In this document: piece by piece, positions 63,014 to 64,000 of the stretch
How positions within the stretch are numbered: the first letter of the stretch is position 1
Layout: every line of letters starts with the position of its first letter
DNA from: a virus
Lineage: Duplodnaviria > Heunggongvirae > Uroviricota > Caudoviricetes
Direction: 5' to 3' (one strand)
Virus record (IMG/VR): IMGVR_UViG_3300044765_000092
Span: 94,679 to 158,678 of that record
Length of the DNA: 64,000 nt
Made by a program: the position numbers and the translations under genes
The notes under the pieces: model-generated
Database searches by the model: none
Seen by the model: only the letters and a program-made list of their open reading frames with translations
What the model was told of the DNA's origin: nothing

Positions 63014-63044
63014 TTCCCTCTCCAGTGTGTAGTGAAGGCCGGTA

Positions 63045-63521
63045 TCAGCCCTGAGGTTTCTTGGCGATCAAGTCTTTGATCATGTTCATAGCCGCCTCGT
63101 ATTTCTCAGCCGGCGGGTACCGCTTGATGCCACCCTCGCGCGAATACTCAAACTGGTTCAGCACATCGTACGCGCGCTCCAAAGGTGGTTGATGCTGGCG
63201 CATCAGGTCAACACAGCGCGCGGCCAGTGCGCCGGCACCAAGGGGTAGGTGAAAGTCTATTCCTGGATGCGTTTCAGGGCGAGTGAACTTGAGTTCCAGC
63301 GGGGTGATGAGAGAGTCATCGGGTACGCATTGTGCGACGTCCTCAGCACACGAGGCCTGCACCCACAGGATCAAATCGTCGGTGGCGTCGTCGGTGGCGT
63401 CGTCGGCGGCGTCGTAGCCGGGCAGCGTGACTTCGAATATTCGCTGCATCATGGTCTGTTTAAGGACTGCGCCAGTGACCGACACTTGACGCGTAGTACT
63501 TTCTTGAATCGGCTTCTTCAT
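63045..63521 (-). CDS. Hypothetical protein with an internal DDAT repeat
   Basis: Start MKKPIQ with GGAGG RBS. Confidence 0.7.
   Translation of the reverse strand: MKKPIQESTTRQVSVTGAVLKQTMMQRIFEVTLPGYDAADDATDDATDDLILWVQASCAEDVAQCVPDDSLITPLELKFTRPETHPGIDFHLPLGAGALAARCVDLMRQHQPPLERAYDVLNQFEYSREGGIKRYPPAEKYEAAMNMIKDLIAKKPQG
63376..63415. repeat. 12-bp in-frame tandem repeat x3
   Basis: TCGTCGGTGGCG x2 plus TCGTCGGCGGCG, encoding DAADDATDDATDD. Confidence 0.85.
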
Positions 63522-63534
63522 AGTTCCTCCAAAT

Positions 63535-64000
63535 TCAGTTGAACTTCTTGGCAGTGGCTTCGATGTACGAAGAGCGGGCGTTCCACGATCTGAGGACAGA
63601 CACCGCGTCGCGCCGTTCGGTTGGTACCAGACCCAAGACGTGCCGAAGGTAGGCATAGCGTGTAGGCGCCACCGCCTCCAGCAGATGCGGGTTCAAGATG
63701 AACAGGCGCATCGTCTCGGCAAAGGCCTCCTCAGGGCAGGGCTCGTAGCTGCTGACCCGGTCCCGGCTCATAGCCCGCCAGTCCGCGCGGCCACCGTGTT
63801 CCATCACCCCGAGCATGAAGTCGACGTGATGACCAATCTCGTGGGCTACGACACCGACTGGCGTTCGGTCGGTCTTGTAGGTGGGGAACGACCACGCGAG
63901 GGCTACCCCTGGTGCGGGCTTGGCGCACAGCGAAGGCACGACCGACACGATCATTCGGCGGCGACCACGGTAATCGCGTTCATGCGAATACAGTCCGCAG
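63535..64000 (-). CDS. Zincin-like (HExxH) metallopeptidase domain protein (5' end off the window)
   Basis: VAHEIGHHVD...EEAFAE; the frame stays open to the window edge. Confidence 0.75.
   Translation of the reverse strand, partial: CGLYSHERDYRGRRRMIVSVVPSLCAKPAPGVALAWSFPTYKTDRTPVGVVAHEIGHHVDFMLGVMEHGGRADWRAMSRDRVSSYEPCPEEAFAETMRLFILNPHLLEAVAPTRYAYLRHVLGLVPTERRDAVSVLRSWNARSSYIEATAKKFN

Noticed and set aside
1-64000. tRNA/rRNA genes, CRISPR arrays, integrase/IS elements, stop-codon reassignment
   Set aside because: None seen by eye. Intergenic gaps are short, there are no repeat-spacer arrays, and genes pack fully under the standard code with all three stops in use.

Overview
This 64 kb window looks like part of a large lytic dsDNA phage (jumbo-phage-like, about 55-60% GC by eye, standard genetic code). 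It is gene-dense and almost entirely on the minus strand, with one three-gene plus-strand island at 13.8-15.6 kb. A relationship to the RSL1/Motura-like group infecting Proteobacteria is an inference from gene content and GC only. From left to right it contains: a MotA/ExbB-like membrane triad; a GNAT; a metallophosphoesterase; an HslV-like Ntn protease; a block of virion/fibre genes; a RuvC-like resolvase; a sigma-like protein; an HNH nuclease; a histone-like protein; Hfq; class Ia nrdAB; a six-gene Ter/TelA stress module; an NAD+ salvage pair (NAMPT and NadM-Nudix); split type IIA topoisomerase genes; a very acidic/basic low-complexity protein; and a region of many small early-type ORFs with sigma70 promoters. 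Best candidates for an undescribed system: (1) a phage-encoded ubiquitin-like conjugation cassette (E2-domain protein, E1/ThiF, and a beta-grasp protein ending in GG) at 50.4-53.3 kb; (2) two acyl-carrier-protein-like domains that both have Glu in place of the phosphopantetheine-accepting Ser; (3) a recurring intergenic motif AACTGTAAATG usually followed by a hairpin, plus a second motif TAATTTGA, alongside a phage-encoded Hfq and a sigma-like protein. All family calls come from motif recognition by eye; no database searches were run. No tRNA, rRNA, CRISPR array or integrase was seen.
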